DNA of 64,000 nucleotides, taken from a virus (Duplodnaviria > Caudoviricetes). The position numbers and the translations under genes were made by a program. The notes beneath the pieces were generated by a model, which searched no databases, had not been told where the DNA came from, and saw nothing but the letters and a program-made list of their open reading frames with translations. Numbering within the stretch: the first letter of the stretch is position 1; every line of letters starts with the position of its first letter. Below, piece after piece: positions 49,764-59,534 of the stretch. The stretch covers positions 42,301 to 106,300 of the IMG/VR virus record IMGVR_UViG_2884152688_000003; one strand, 5' to 3'.

Positions 49764-49792
49764 ATGATACTATAATTTAATTGTTATGTCAA
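49764..49792 (-). promoter_or_regulatory. SigA promoter upstream of the methylase leader
   Basis: TTGACA-17nt-TATCAT on the - strand. Confidence 0.65.
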
Positions 49793-50047
49793 TACTTTTT
49801 CTTCTTTTTTATCTTTAAATCTTTTTAAATACCATATCGCCTTATCTAGATCTTGATATCCACCCTTATCATTACATCTCCATATATACTTAATTGCATT
49901 AGATAAAGATACCGATTCTTTGGATGTGAAGTCACTACAGATATATTCCATAGCGTCTATACACTCTATATCACCTCTATTATATCTGGCAGGGTGATTT
50001 ATTTCTTCTTTTATTATGTTTTTTTGTTTTTTATTATCTTTTTTTAT
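49784..50047 (-). CDS. DUF3310-family protein (T7 gp1.7-like), 87 aa, ATA start; absent from the ORF track
   Basis: INHPARY...IECIDAM...NAIKYIWR..KGG.QDLDKAIWYL; SD GGAGTG lies 8 nt before ATA. Confidence 0.8.
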   Translation of the reverse strand: MKKDNKKQKNIIKEEINHPARYNRGDIECIDAMEYICSDFTSKESVSLSNAIKYIWRCNDKGGYQDLDKAIWYLKRFKDKKEEKVLT

Positions 50048-50083
50048 GTCAAAATCACTCCATTCTGTATTAAAATCGTGGTT

Positions 50084-50743
50084 TTATTGTTTGTGTCTCC
50101 ACCTACATATATTGTTAATTTTCATAAGCTTTAAAGGTTCTTTTTCTAAATCTAAATTTTTAAAATAATGGGCTATATGTGAACAAGAAAATGCATCTGT
50201 ATAATGTATATACCTTTTCCCCCTTGCACTTGTAGACAATAAATTTCCTGAATCACCTACATATAAATAATTATATGAATCCGCCATTTTATCCACCCAA
50301 CTCAATTGTTCCAAATTGCATCTTTTTAATGTTTCATTCTCTTCTTCGTACTTAATGTTATAGAAAAACTTACTGTAAAGTTCCTCTGAATTTGTTATAT
50401 TATAACCTTGAAATACTCCAATATCATTATAAATCAATGATTCTATTTCTCCTATACCTTCTTCAAAATACACTTTGTCACCTACTTTGAATTTCGGTAT
50501 CTCTAGAGGGATTATATTCCTCATAATACCTAATATGGACTTCTTGTATTTCACCCAAGCTCCATAAATATGTTCGTTCTCATAAAAACACTCTAAATCC
50601 CCATCTTTTATCTTAAAATATCTACTACAATTTTCATTACTAAGATAGGCCTCAAATATTTGTTCTTCCTCTAAATTGTAGTATTCCATCGCAAATTCTA
50701 TTAATTTTAACTCTAACTTATCTTTTTTATTATTTTTATCCAT
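50084..50743 (-). CDS. Hypothetical protein
   Basis: PKFKVGDKV SH3-like module. Confidence 0.55.
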   Translation of the reverse strand: MDKNNKKDKLELKLIEFAMEYYNLEEEQIFEAYLSNENCSRYFKIKDGDLECFYENEHIYGAWVKYKKSILGIMRNIIPLEIPKFKVGDKVYFEEGIGEIESLIYNDIGVFQGYNITNSEELYSKFFYNIKYEEENETLKRCNLEQLSWVDKMADSYNYLYVGDSGNLLSTSARGKRYIHYTDAFSCSHIAHYFKNLDLEKEPLKLMKINNICRWRHKQ

Positions 50744-50972
50744 TATTTTTCACTCCACGATTTTGTTCTTTACTTTTAACCATTTCATATCTAAGATTCA
50801 ATATATTAAAGTATGGCATCATTGCATCATGCTGTAATGTAAGTAATAACTTGTCGGTATCATCTAATTCACTATCTTCTTCTAACAATATCTCGGTTAT
50901 TTTTACCATTCTTTCGTCTAATTCTTTTAATTCTCTTCTCATCCTACTTATATAATTCATTTTTTTCTCCAT
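50736..50972 (-). CDS. Small coiled-coil phage protein
   Basis: Y..RM..ELKELDER...LL..Q..AM..Y..IL..R pattern. Confidence 0.6.
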   Translation of the reverse strand: MEKKMNYISRMRRELKELDERMVKITEILLEEDSELDDTDKLLLTLQHDAMMPYFNILNLRYEMVKSKEQNRGVKNNG

Positions 50973-51456
50973 ATAAAATTATTTTATTTTCTTTTAAACT
51001 TTTTTGAACATCAATTACCCTTTGATTTGTAGAACCAGCATATTTATAATTCAAATCTGCTTTTTCTTGTTCAAACTTTCCGTCTACCAATACGTCTATA
51101 TACTTTAACAAATCAGGTGTCCTCATTAATTCCTCATATCTGTATCCAGTATATACCCATATCGTTTTGTTAGGATTAGTTTCTTTGAAGAACTTAATTA
51201 TCTCTGAAACTTCTTTTCTATTTCCTAGGTGAAATGGATCTCCCCCACTTAATGTTAAGCCAGATATATAAGATTTCTTCACCTTATACATAAGTTCAAC
51301 CATTGCATTAGCATCAAACTCTATTCCACTATTTGTATCCCAAGTTTCCTTGTTATGGCAAGATGGACAACCATGAGAACATCCAGCTACCCATAATACA
51401 GTTCTTAATCCTTCTCCGTTTAGCATGTCATCCGTTGTTATGTTATGATAATTCAA
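50944..51456 (-). CDS. nrdG: Anaerobic RNR activating enzyme
   Basis: NGEGLR, CxxxCxxC, LSGGDP, VLVDG and GSTNQR motifs. Confidence 0.95.
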   Translation of the reverse strand: MNYHNITTDDMLNGEGLRTVLWVAGCSHGCPSCHNKETWDTNSGIEFDANAMVELMYKVKKSYISGLTLSGGDPFHLGNRKEVSEIIKFFKETNPNKTIWVYTGYRYEELMRTPDLLKYIDVLVDGKFEQEKADLNYKYAGSTNQRVIDVQKSLKENKIILYGEKNELYK

Positions 51457-51467
51457 TTTATCACCTC

Positions 51468-53645
51468 TTACATGCTTATTCTGTCTTTTATTTCTGCCAT
51501 TTTACCAGCATTTAATCTTGTGTCACCTTTTACTCTACTATAAGATAGATAACCATTCATCCTATCTATCTTTGTTAGATTTCTGCTTCCACACTTTGGA
51601 CAAGTATCCATGTTTAGTTCTTCATGCCCACATTCTTCGCAATAAGAAAGAGAGAGATTTATCCCTTCATAAAAACCTAAGTCCATTGCTCTTCTAACTA
51701 GGTCTTTAATTGCTTTTTTATTATATGATATTGGGTATTTACAGTATTGTATTTTTCCACCATTACACAAATCCCAAAATCTTTTCTCATAATCCTGTTT
51801 TTCTATAGGGCTTATATTCTCAGATACATGGCAGTGAAATGAATTTGAAACGTATTCCTTATCGGAAACATTCTCTACTATTCCATATTTCTTTCTAAAT
51901 TGTTGAACTTGTTTCATAGTTAATGATTCGGCAGGAGTACCGTATAGGGCGTACAATAAGCCATCTTCTTCTTTGAATTTTTGGGCCTTTCTATTAATAT
52001 AACTCATGACTTCCAATGCAAAATTACCATCTTCAACTAAGGATTTCTGATTATAAAGTTGTTGCAACTCATTTAACGCTGTTATTCCGAAACTCAAAGT
52101 GAAAGATTTTATTACAGATTTAATTTTTTCCTCTGGGTCTAAGTTTCCACCATAGAATCCTCCTTCACAAAAACCTAAAGGGTTTGTTTTAGCTTTCATT
52201 TCACCTAAATAGTTAAAAGTTCTAATATGTATTCCTCTTATTAGTTCTAAATAATAATCTAAAACATCATAAAAGTTTTTATTCTCTTGCTTTGATTTAG
52301 CTAAAATCATAGGTAAATTTAAAGATATTGCCCCTAAATTTGCTCTACCTATAAAAATAGGTTCATCTTCATTATTTAAAGGTTCTATTCCACCTTCTTG
52401 ATACCAAGGAGAAAGAAAGGCTCTACATCCCATTGGGCTAACTGCTTTTCCGTATTTTTTATACATATCTGATACATAGCCTTCGCCAGTTAAACTTAAA
52501 AAGTCTGGATACATAGCAACTGAGGAACAGTCTATAGCCAAGTCGAATATATCTTCTGATTCCTTGCCCTCACCATGTAATTCTTCATCATATAAAAATA
52601 TTAATTTGGGGAATAAAACTGGTTTTTTATAACCCTTTTTCCCCTGCCCTTCTTTTCTTACCTTTAAACATGCCTCCGATATCATTTTTCCAAAAGTATC
52701 GTCTTGTAATCCAAATGTAATCGAAGTAAAGGGGTAGTCTCCCCTGCTACTACCAACAGTGTTTAACTTGTATTCTAAGCCTTGGAATCCTTGTTCTAAA
52801 TCTCTTTGCACTTTTCTCATAGTATATCTGTCTCTTTTTTTCTTATATCTTTCACTTTGCAAAAGAGAATCTATTTCCATATTTAACGATTCACAAGTAG
52901 CCTTATTAACTTCATCATATTCTTTTGAATACTTATTATAAGACTTTATAACATACTTATGTAGTACTTTGTCTATTTCTGGGACTGTGAGCCCACCGTA
53001 TTGTTGACTAGACGCACTTGTTATTATATCCCCCAATACGTCAAATGCTGTATCTATAGTTTTTGGTTCATTATACCAAATGTTACCCATTTCAAATCCA
53101 TCAGATAATATTTTTTCTACATCTAATAAACAACAATTTAAACAGTCTCTTCGAGCATTCATATCATGGATATAGATATATCCATCCTTTATAGCTTCTA
53201 ATTCTGGTATGGATAAGAAGAATCTTTTATATAATTCTTTATTTAATTCACCATAAATCAAGCTTCTCTTTGTTGATACAAGCGTTGAATCTGCATTGCT
53301 ATTTTCTTTGTCGCCTATATACATTATCTTCTGTGCTTCCTTGTAGACATCATCAAGCATTGCTACAAAATCAGTCTTATAATTACGATAATCCTTGTAA
53401 GACTTTGCAACATCTGGATTCACGTCATCTAAGGCCTTTTCTACAATTCTATGCATATCTAAGACAGAAACTATTTCTTTATTTTTTTCATCAATATATT
53501 TTTTTACAGCCTCATAAATATTAATTAAATCTTCATCTTTTAAATCTACCAAAACTCTGTTCGCTGATTTTCTGACCGCATTATATACTTTGTCTATATC
53601 GAAGTCTTCTAATATTCCATTCTTTTTTTCTACTTCTATTGTCAA
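51468..53645 (-). CDS. nrdD: Class III anaerobic ribonucleotide reductase
   Basis: ATP cone, NCC, PMGCR, TPAES, Zn cysteines and RMNGYL glycyl-radical loop. Confidence 0.95.
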   Translation of the reverse strand: MTIEVEKKNGILEDFDIDKVYNAVRKSANRVLVDLKDEDLINIYEAVKKYIDEKNKEIVSVLDMHRIVEKALDDVNPDVAKSYKDYRNYKTDFVAMLDDVYKEAQKIMYIGDKENSNADSTLVSTKRSLIYGELNKELYKRFFLSIPELEAIKDGYIYIHDMNARRDCLNCCLLDVEKILSDGFEMGNIWYNEPKTIDTAFDVLGDIITSASSQQYGGLTVPEIDKVLHKYVIKSYNKYSKEYDEVNKATCESLNMEIDSLLQSERYKKKRDRYTMRKVQRDLEQGFQGLEYKLNTVGSSRGDYPFTSITFGLQDDTFGKMISEACLKVRKEGQGKKGYKKPVLFPKLIFLYDEELHGEGKESEDIFDLAIDCSSVAMYPDFLSLTGEGYVSDMYKKYGKAVSPMGCRAFLSPWYQEGGIEPLNNEDEPIFIGRANLGAISLNLPMILAKSKQENKNFYDVLDYYLELIRGIHIRTFNYLGEMKAKTNPLGFCEGGFYGGNLDPEEKIKSVIKSFTLSFGITALNELQQLYNQKSLVEDGNFALEVMSYINRKAQKFKEEDGLLYALYGTPAESLTMKQVQQFRKKYGIVENVSDKEYVSNSFHCHVSENISPIEKQDYEKRFWDLCNGGKIQYCKYPISYNKKAIKDLVRRAMDLGFYEGINLSLSYCEECGHEELNMDTCPKCGSRNLTKIDRMNGYLSYSRVKGDTRLNAGKMAEIKDRISM

Positions 53646-54308
53646 TTAACCACCTATTCTTTCTATTAATGTGGGATACTCATTAGACCACTTCACTGAA
53701 CTAAACACTTTATCCTTAATTCCAAATTCTTTGCCTAAATCTTCTTTAGTTCTCCAAACAGAAAAATAAGTATCTTTATAAGGTTTTGTCTTATATAGAT
53801 ATAATCTTCCATCCTGGTCTTTTGCTATCCACTTATATTCTTTCGGTATATCCCAAATTTTTATTTTAGGTTGAGATTCTGAATATTCAGCCTCGTCTTT
53901 CCCTATAATTATATTTCCTTGATATTCTATATTAGGAAAGTCAAAAACTTTCTTTACTTTTCCTAATATTTTTTCATCGAAACTTTGGCATACTACCTTA
54001 TCGTTCTTTTTCAATTGGATACAACTTATATTCTTAGCATAAAATAATTCATGTCCATTGTATGGTTTTATTAACACATAAGAATCTCTTATATCTCTTT
54101 TTTCCGTTCTTAGTATTATTTTTTCACCATGTGATAACTTCTTTACAGTCTTTCTATTTTTAGTTATTGAAAACTCTTCAATAGTTATACTTATAGTTTC
54201 TCCTTCACTTAGTTCCTTGTGAAGTGTTAAAGGATTACTTTCCAACATGTTAAAACCATTTTCCAATAACTCTGTAACATATAGATCTCTCAGCATATTT
54301 TCTTTCAA
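53646..54308 (-). CDS. Hypothetical phage protein
   Basis: WIAKDQDG...FSSVKWSNEYPT C-domain. Confidence 0.6.
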   Translation of the reverse strand: MKENMLRDLYVTELLENGFNMLESNPLTLHKELSEGETISITIEEFSITKNRKTVKKLSHGEKIILRTEKRDIRDSYVLIKPYNGHELFYAKNISCIQLKKNDKVVCQSFDEKILGKVKKVFDFPNIEYQGNIIIGKDEAEYSESQPKIKIWDIPKEYKWIAKDQDGRLYLYKTKPYKDTYFSVWRTKEDLGKEFGIKDKVFSSVKWSNEYPTLIERIGG

Positions 54309-54323
54309 TAAATCATTCCTTTC

Positions 54324-57300
54324 TTATGAGACGGATTCAAAACTAGATAACCAATAATTATATTCGGTTCTAGACTTAACCCACTCACCATTTATTTTTA
54401 TATTTCGTGGTTTTCTTTCAATTCTATTTATTTTTATAAAATTGCTATTCCCTCTTGAAACAATTCCTTTTATATTTCCATTTGTTCTTAAAGTACTTCT
54501 TTTCCCATCTGATATATTTACCAAAGACACTTTATAACTCTCCACCTCATCTATTATATAAATAGCCTTATCGAAACTTTCTATGGGGGTAACTAACCCT
54601 GTATATTCAAATTCATTTTGAACCTTCTCTAAATCAGATATATCTTTATTGGGATAAGTTTCCATTATCATAGATATTAATTTCTTATTATTTATTTCTT
54701 TAAAAAGAGATGTCGTTTCTTTTGTAGAGCATTCCTTCAATATAGATAATTTAATTCCACAATCATTCTTTTTAATTTGTTTTGACTTAAAATACTTTTT
54801 ATATATTTCATAATATCTAAGTAAATATTTTATTTTTCCAAATTCTGAAAAGAAGTCTAATTTTATTAAAACTTCCATTTGTCTTTTATCTAAAGTTCCT
54901 TCTACTTCACTTAATAGATCGAAGAAGGTCAAGTCTTTATTTCTAAGCGAATATAAGAACTCCCCACTTTTTTGATTTAGATATTTTATGCTTTTAATAC
55001 CTTTATATATAGTGTTGGTTTCTCTGTCAAAGAAGTATTCTGACTTTGAATATCTGAATTTTGCTTTTTCTAGTTTTATTCCAAAATACTTAAGTTCATT
55101 TGTTAGCTTTGCTGTTCTTGTAATATCTTCTTCATATATATTTAAAGCTACTGAATAATATTCTAGAGGATAATGAGATTTTAAATACGCTCCATATAGA
55201 CTGTCGTACGCATAGCAAAGTGAATGGGATGAGTTAAAACTATACTTAGCTGAATCCTCAACTACTTGCCATGTTTCCTCAAATCCTTCTTCTTTACCAA
55301 CTTCTCTTATCCAACCCTCATGAAGTTTCTTTTTTAGTTTTTCCAACTCAGTTCCGTTTAATGTTTTTTTACTTATTTTTTTAAGTATGGTATATGAATC
55401 TGCTTCATCCACCCCTAACCAAATTAAATACTTCATTATAGATTCTTGATACATCATATAATGGAATGAGTCTTTTAGTATGTTATCTAATTCTTGTACG
55501 CCAGTAGTATAAGGCTTTCTTTGAATGAAATTCTCTAATAGTGATTTAAACCCTGGTCTTATCGCAGCCACGAATGCACATAATTCTGATACATTCTTAG
55601 GTTTATATCTTGAGACTAACTCCGTAGCATAATCTGAATCTGCTTGGTTTATTGTGCAAGTTAATCCATTTTCATATATTTTGAAAGTCTTCTCATCGAG
55701 CATTTTATCCAGTTCTTCCACTGTAGGGATATTGATTCCAGCTAACTTACAAGTATCTTCAATTATCTTTAGTACAGTAACAGCTAAGTAATCATTTTTT
55801 AAATATTTATATTTATCACAATCAGCACCGTCTAAATTACAACAGTAAATAGGATTACCTTCCTTGTCATTTTTTAACCGAACATAACCTAAATGTTTAT
55901 CTATTGGTTCAGTTCCTAGAATCATTGAACAAGGTGAAGGCGAAAGACCTTCTATGACACCTACAAATCTTTTACTATCTACTAAAGCATCGCCCCACTC
56001 AGGATTTTCTTCTTCTTCCTCTATTTTTTTCCAATCTTCTCTTTTTTCGAGGTCTTTAATATATTTTGCGAACTCATTGTAATCGTTATGTTCGTATCCC
56101 TTAGATTTACAATATAATCTAAAAGAACTTGATATTTGAAGAGTTTTATATACTATCAACCATCCACAATTGTCTTTTCCTATAATATCTTCACTTGCTT
56201 TAATTAACGCACTTTGATTAGAAGTATTTATATCTATATCCGGCAAGGATCTAGAATCGAGTATTCTACTTATACTCATGAATCTAGTCGGGTAAAGAGT
56301 AACGGGTGATTTAAGTCTATCTATATCAGTTAATTTTAATAATTTATTTATATAGAAGGAAGGCGCAGACCCCCTACCTGTTTTAGTTACATAGCAACCA
56401 TATTTAGAACGTGCATGTTCTGTAATTTTGTTTGTAAGCAAGAAGTATTCTTCCATATTAGTTTTCTCTACTATTTCAACTTCATCTCTTATAGCTTTTA
56501 GATACTCATTATTTCTACCAATAACATCTGATTTTTTCTTTTCTTCTAACCATGTTTCATTCATGAGGGTTTTTAATTCTTTATTTGGGTTATTAGAAAT
56601 TTTAGGCATTTTTATTTCTTTATTATAAATTGTTATTTCTTCACATTTATTAAAAATCAAGGTATTCTTTAAAGCTTTTATTATTTCACTTTTACTAAAA
56701 ACACCTTGTTCTTCATATCTATTTAATATAGTTTTAACATTAGGAAAATCTAATATAAATCCTTCTTCCTCTGGATAATAGATTCCTTTGCCCTTCAAAA
56801 ATAAATCTCTATATTCTAAATCTTCCGGGTGAATGTAATGTGAGTCATTAGCATGGATTAAATTTATCCCATACTTATTAGCCATAGTTTTTATGAACTC
56901 ATTATGTTTAACTTGTTTATCGTTGGTGTGTGCTTGTATTTCTAAGAAAAAATGTTCCTTAAAATAGTCCTTAAACCACCTTATAAATTCTTCAGACTTA
57001 TCGTTCCATAACGCACCTATACCTGCAACACACGCTGATGTGACTACAACGTCTTTTGGATTTATTATTTTTTCTATCATTCTAAAATCTATTCTAGGTT
57101 TATAGTAAAATCCATTCTTATTAGCTTGAGTCATAAGGAAGTTAATTTGTTCAACTCCTTTGTTGTTCAATGCGACTAAAACTATATGGTAATTACTTCT
57201 GTCTTTTTCATTAGCATCTTCAACAAAATAAGCTTCACAACCCATTACCATTTTTATTTTTCTATCTTCTGATAAATCCTTGTTATACTTTTCTATAATA

Positions 57301-57464
57301 TTTAAAGTCTTAAAAGGTGAACCTTGATATCCATGTTCCGTTGTAAAATAATGAGTATGCCCTAACTCAATCATTCTTTCTATGTAATCTTCTATTTTTG
57401 TGATAGAGTCTATCGTTGACATATTTGAGTAATGAGTATGTTTATGATAATTGTGGTAAATCAT
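54324..57464 (-). CDS. dnaE: DNA polymerase III alpha subunit (phage type)
   Basis: PHP HKHT.YS, TTEHG, NDSHY; GRGSA; LPDIDIN; YSFNSSHS. Possible ATT start at 57491. Confidence 0.95.
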   Translation of the reverse strand: MIYHNYHKHTHYSNMSTIDSITKIEDYIERMIELGHTHYFTTEHGYQGSPFKTLNIIEKYNKDLSEDRKIKMVMGCEAYFVEDANEKDRSNYHIVLVALNNKGVEQINFLMTQANKNGFYYKPRIDFRMIEKIINPKDVVVTSACVAGIGALWNDKSEEFIRWFKDYFKEHFFLEIQAHTNDKQVKHNEFIKTMANKYGINLIHANDSHYIHPEDLEYRDLFLKGKGIYYPEEEGFILDFPNVKTILNRYEEQGVFSKSEIIKALKNTLIFNKCEEITIYNKEIKMPKISNNPNKELKTLMNETWLEEKKKSDVIGRNNEYLKAIRDEVEIVEKTNMEEYFLLTNKITEHARSKYGCYVTKTGRGSAPSFYINKLLKLTDIDRLKSPVTLYPTRFMSISRILDSRSLPDIDINTSNQSALIKASEDIIGKDNCGWLIVYKTLQISSSFRLYCKSKGYEHNDYNEFAKYIKDLEKREDWKKIEEEEENPEWGDALVDSKRFVGVIEGLSPSPCSMILGTEPIDKHLGYVRLKNDKEGNPIYCCNLDGADCDKYKYLKNDYLAVTVLKIIEDTCKLAGINIPTVEELDKMLDEKTFKIYENGLTCTINQADSDYATELVSRYKPKNVSELCAFVAAIRPGFKSLLENFIQRKPYTTGVQELDNILKDSFHYMMYQESIMKYLIWLGVDEADSYTILKKISKKTLNGTELEKLKKKLHEGWIREVGKEEGFEETWQVVEDSAKYSFNSSHSLCYAYDSLYGAYLKSHYPLEYYSVALNIYEEDITRTAKLTNELKYFGIKLEKAKFRYSKSEYFFDRETNTIYKGIKSIKYLNQKSGEFLYSLRNKDLTFFDLLSEVEGTLDKRQMEVLIKLDFFSEFGKIKYLLRYYEIYKKYFKSKQIKKNDCGIKLSILKECSTKETTSLFKEINNKKLISMIMETYPNKDISDLEKVQNEFEYTGLVTPIESFDKAIYIIDEVESYKVSLVNISDGKRSTLRTNGNIKGIVSRGNSNFIKINRIERKPRNIKINGEWVKSRTEYNYWLSSFESVS

Positions 57465-57529
57465 TTCATCTTCATTTATTTGTATCTTAATTCAGTTCAC
57501 CTACTTTCTTCTTATACAGTTGTATCTCC

Positions 57530-57988
57530 TTAATTCCCAGTAGAACCAAAACCACTGGTTCTTGCTGTCTCTAAATTTTCCTCATCATCAACTGTAAGAT
57601 AATTCATAAATATACCTTGGAATACCCTTTCACCTGCTGATATCCTCACAGTTTTATCAGACAAGTTTCTCAACTTAAATCCAATATTTCCATCATTATC
57701 TTCATTTTCATAATAATCACTATCTATAACACCTGTAGTGTTTGCAAGCACTAGGTTCTGTTTAATTCCCAATGAACTTCTTATATGTAGTAATAAAACC
57801 TCGTTTTTATTCATGCAGGCCTTTACGTCAGTAAATATCAGTTCTGAAGTGCCATAGGGTTCTATTTCTATATCTACTGGTGTACAAAAATCATAGCCAG
57901 CTGAATAGTTTGTCCCTCTCTTAGGAAGTCTTATTTTTGTGTTTTTATTTTTTCTTTTATTATCTTTTACTATTTCAAATTTCCTCAT
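57530..57988 (-). CDS. dut: Trimeric dUTPase
   Basis: SAGYD, RSS, GVIDSDY, QG and R.SGFGSTG motifs. Confidence 0.93.
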   Translation of the reverse strand: MRKFEIVKDNKRKNKNTKIRLPKRGTNYSAGYDFCTPVDIEIEPYGTSELIFTDVKACMNKNEVLLLHIRSSLGIKQNLVLANTTGVIDSDYYENEDNDGNIGFKLRNLSDKTVRISAGERVFQGIFMNYLTVDDEENLETARTSGFGSTGN

Positions 57989-57997
57989 TCATTCTCC

Positions 57998-59191
57998 TTA
58001 TGCTTTAAAGTTATATATTGGTTTAATATGCTTTAAAATATTAACTGTATCTCCTATATTTGATATTATTTCTTCCTTATTTTTATATGCAAAAGGTGCT
58101 TCGTCTAGAGTTGATTCCTTTACAGAGGTTGTATATATTCCTCTCATAGATTCTTCAAAATCACTCAATTTAATGATTTCTTTAGCTTGAGTTCTACTTA
58201 GGGTTCTGCCTGCACCATGTGGTGCTGATTCATTCCAATTATTATTTCCTTTTCCAATACAGATTAAAGAACCATCTCTCATGTTAAGTGGAATGATTAC
58301 TTTCTCATTTCTCTTTGCTGAGATAGCACCTTTTCTCACCATATTTGTCTCTGGGTCTATATAGTTATGTACGGTCTGCCAAATATTTTTAGGTACAAGA
58401 TTAAGTTCTTCTAAAATTGTATTTAACATAGTCTCTCTATTTTTAACTGCATATTCTTGACATATCTTCATGTCATGTAAATAATCATACGCAGTTTCCC
58501 CAGATAGATAAGATAACTCTTTAGGTGTTTTTAATGTATTTTCTTTAAGTTGCTGTATATTCTTTTTTATTTCATACGCTTCCCATTTAGGACTATTTTC
58601 TTCAATCTTTTTTGAAACATATTCTCTTTGTTTAGTCTTTATGTTCTGCATATGTTCTATTGCTTTTTTTTGATAATATTTAGCAACTTGATTTCCAATA
58701 TGTCTACTTCCAGAGTGAATCACTAGGTATATATTGTCTTCATCGTCTTTATTTACCTCAATGAAATGATTACCCCCACCCAATGTTCCTATTGATAGCT
58801 TTGAACGTCCTATATCTACGTGTTCTTTGCAAATTAAATCCTCTATCCTATTAAATTTCCTTTTAGGTTTTAAATGTACATTTGTTCCAAAAGGTATTTT
58901 TTTTCTAATAATATCATCTAATTCCTTTAAGTCAATTTCAACCTTCCCTAATTCAGCAACAGCAAGTCCACACCCAATGTCTACTCCTACTAGATTGGGG
59001 ATAGCTATGTCTTTGAAATTAGCTGTAAATCCAATAACACACCCTTTACCAGCATGGCAATCTGGCATTATTTTAATACTAACATCTTTGCTAAAAGGTT
59101 GATTCAACAGTGTTATAATTTGTTTTATCGTCTCGTTATCAATGTTATCTGTAAATACTTCAGCTGTATTGTACTTCCCTACTAAATGCAT
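57998..59191 (-). CDS. rtcB: RtcB RNA ligase
   Basis: MPDCH, GVDIGCG, GGGNHFIE, HSGSR, HNY, RKGA, HGAGR and DEAP motifs; SD before ATG59191. Confidence 0.95.
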   Translation of the reverse strand: MHLVGKYNTAEVFTDNIDNETIKQIITLLNQPFSKDVSIKIMPDCHAGKGCVIGFTANFKDIAIPNLVGVDIGCGLAVAELGKVEIDLKELDDIIRKKIPFGTNVHLKPKRKFNRIEDLICKEHVDIGRSKLSIGTLGGGNHFIEVNKDDEDNIYLVIHSGSRHIGNQVAKYYQKKAIEHMQNIKTKQREYVSKKIEENSPKWEAYEIKKNIQQLKENTLKTPKELSYLSGETAYDYLHDMKICQEYAVKNRETMLNTILEELNLVPKNIWQTVHNYIDPETNMVRKGAISAKRNEKVIIPLNMRDGSLICIGKGNNNWNESAPHGAGRTLSRTQAKEIIKLSDFEESMRGIYTTSVKESTLDEAPFAYKNKEEIISNIGDTVNILKHIKPIYNFKA

Positions 59192-59192
59192 T

Positions 59193-59534
59193 TTATTCTC
59201 CTTTTTTGAACTTATCTGCCATTGCAACTTTATATGTTTCATAATCTTCCTTTAACTCATTAATAGTTACATCAGGATTTATCTTTATTAATTTCTTTAC
59301 TTCTTTTATTTTTTTATCTAACTCCTCCATTGTCGCTGAAGGTTTAGTTTTTAAATGATGTCTTGCCAACCCATCCAGTAATCCACTTAATGTTCTGTAA
59401 TATCCCAAAACATCAAAATAATGGTCTTCCTTTTCAAAGAAGTTGTTGCTCTTTGGTTTAGCTTTAGACTTTTTAACCAATATGAAATTGTGGCTATCTA
59501 TATCGATTAAATAGTTTTTACCTAGTTCTACCAT
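59193..59534 (-). CDS. Hypothetical protein
   Basis: Packed ORF. Confidence 0.55.
   Translation of the reverse strand: MVELGKNYLIDIDSHNFILVKKSKAKPKSNNFFEKEDHYFDVLGYYRTLSGLLDGLARHHLKTKPSATMEELDKKIKEVKKLIKINPDVTINELKEDYETYKVAMADKFKKGE

Noticed and set aside
50068-50089. Third IStron remnant
   Set aside because: Only half of the end hairpin matches and there is no ribozyme or TCAG end; it fits the dispersed palindrome family.
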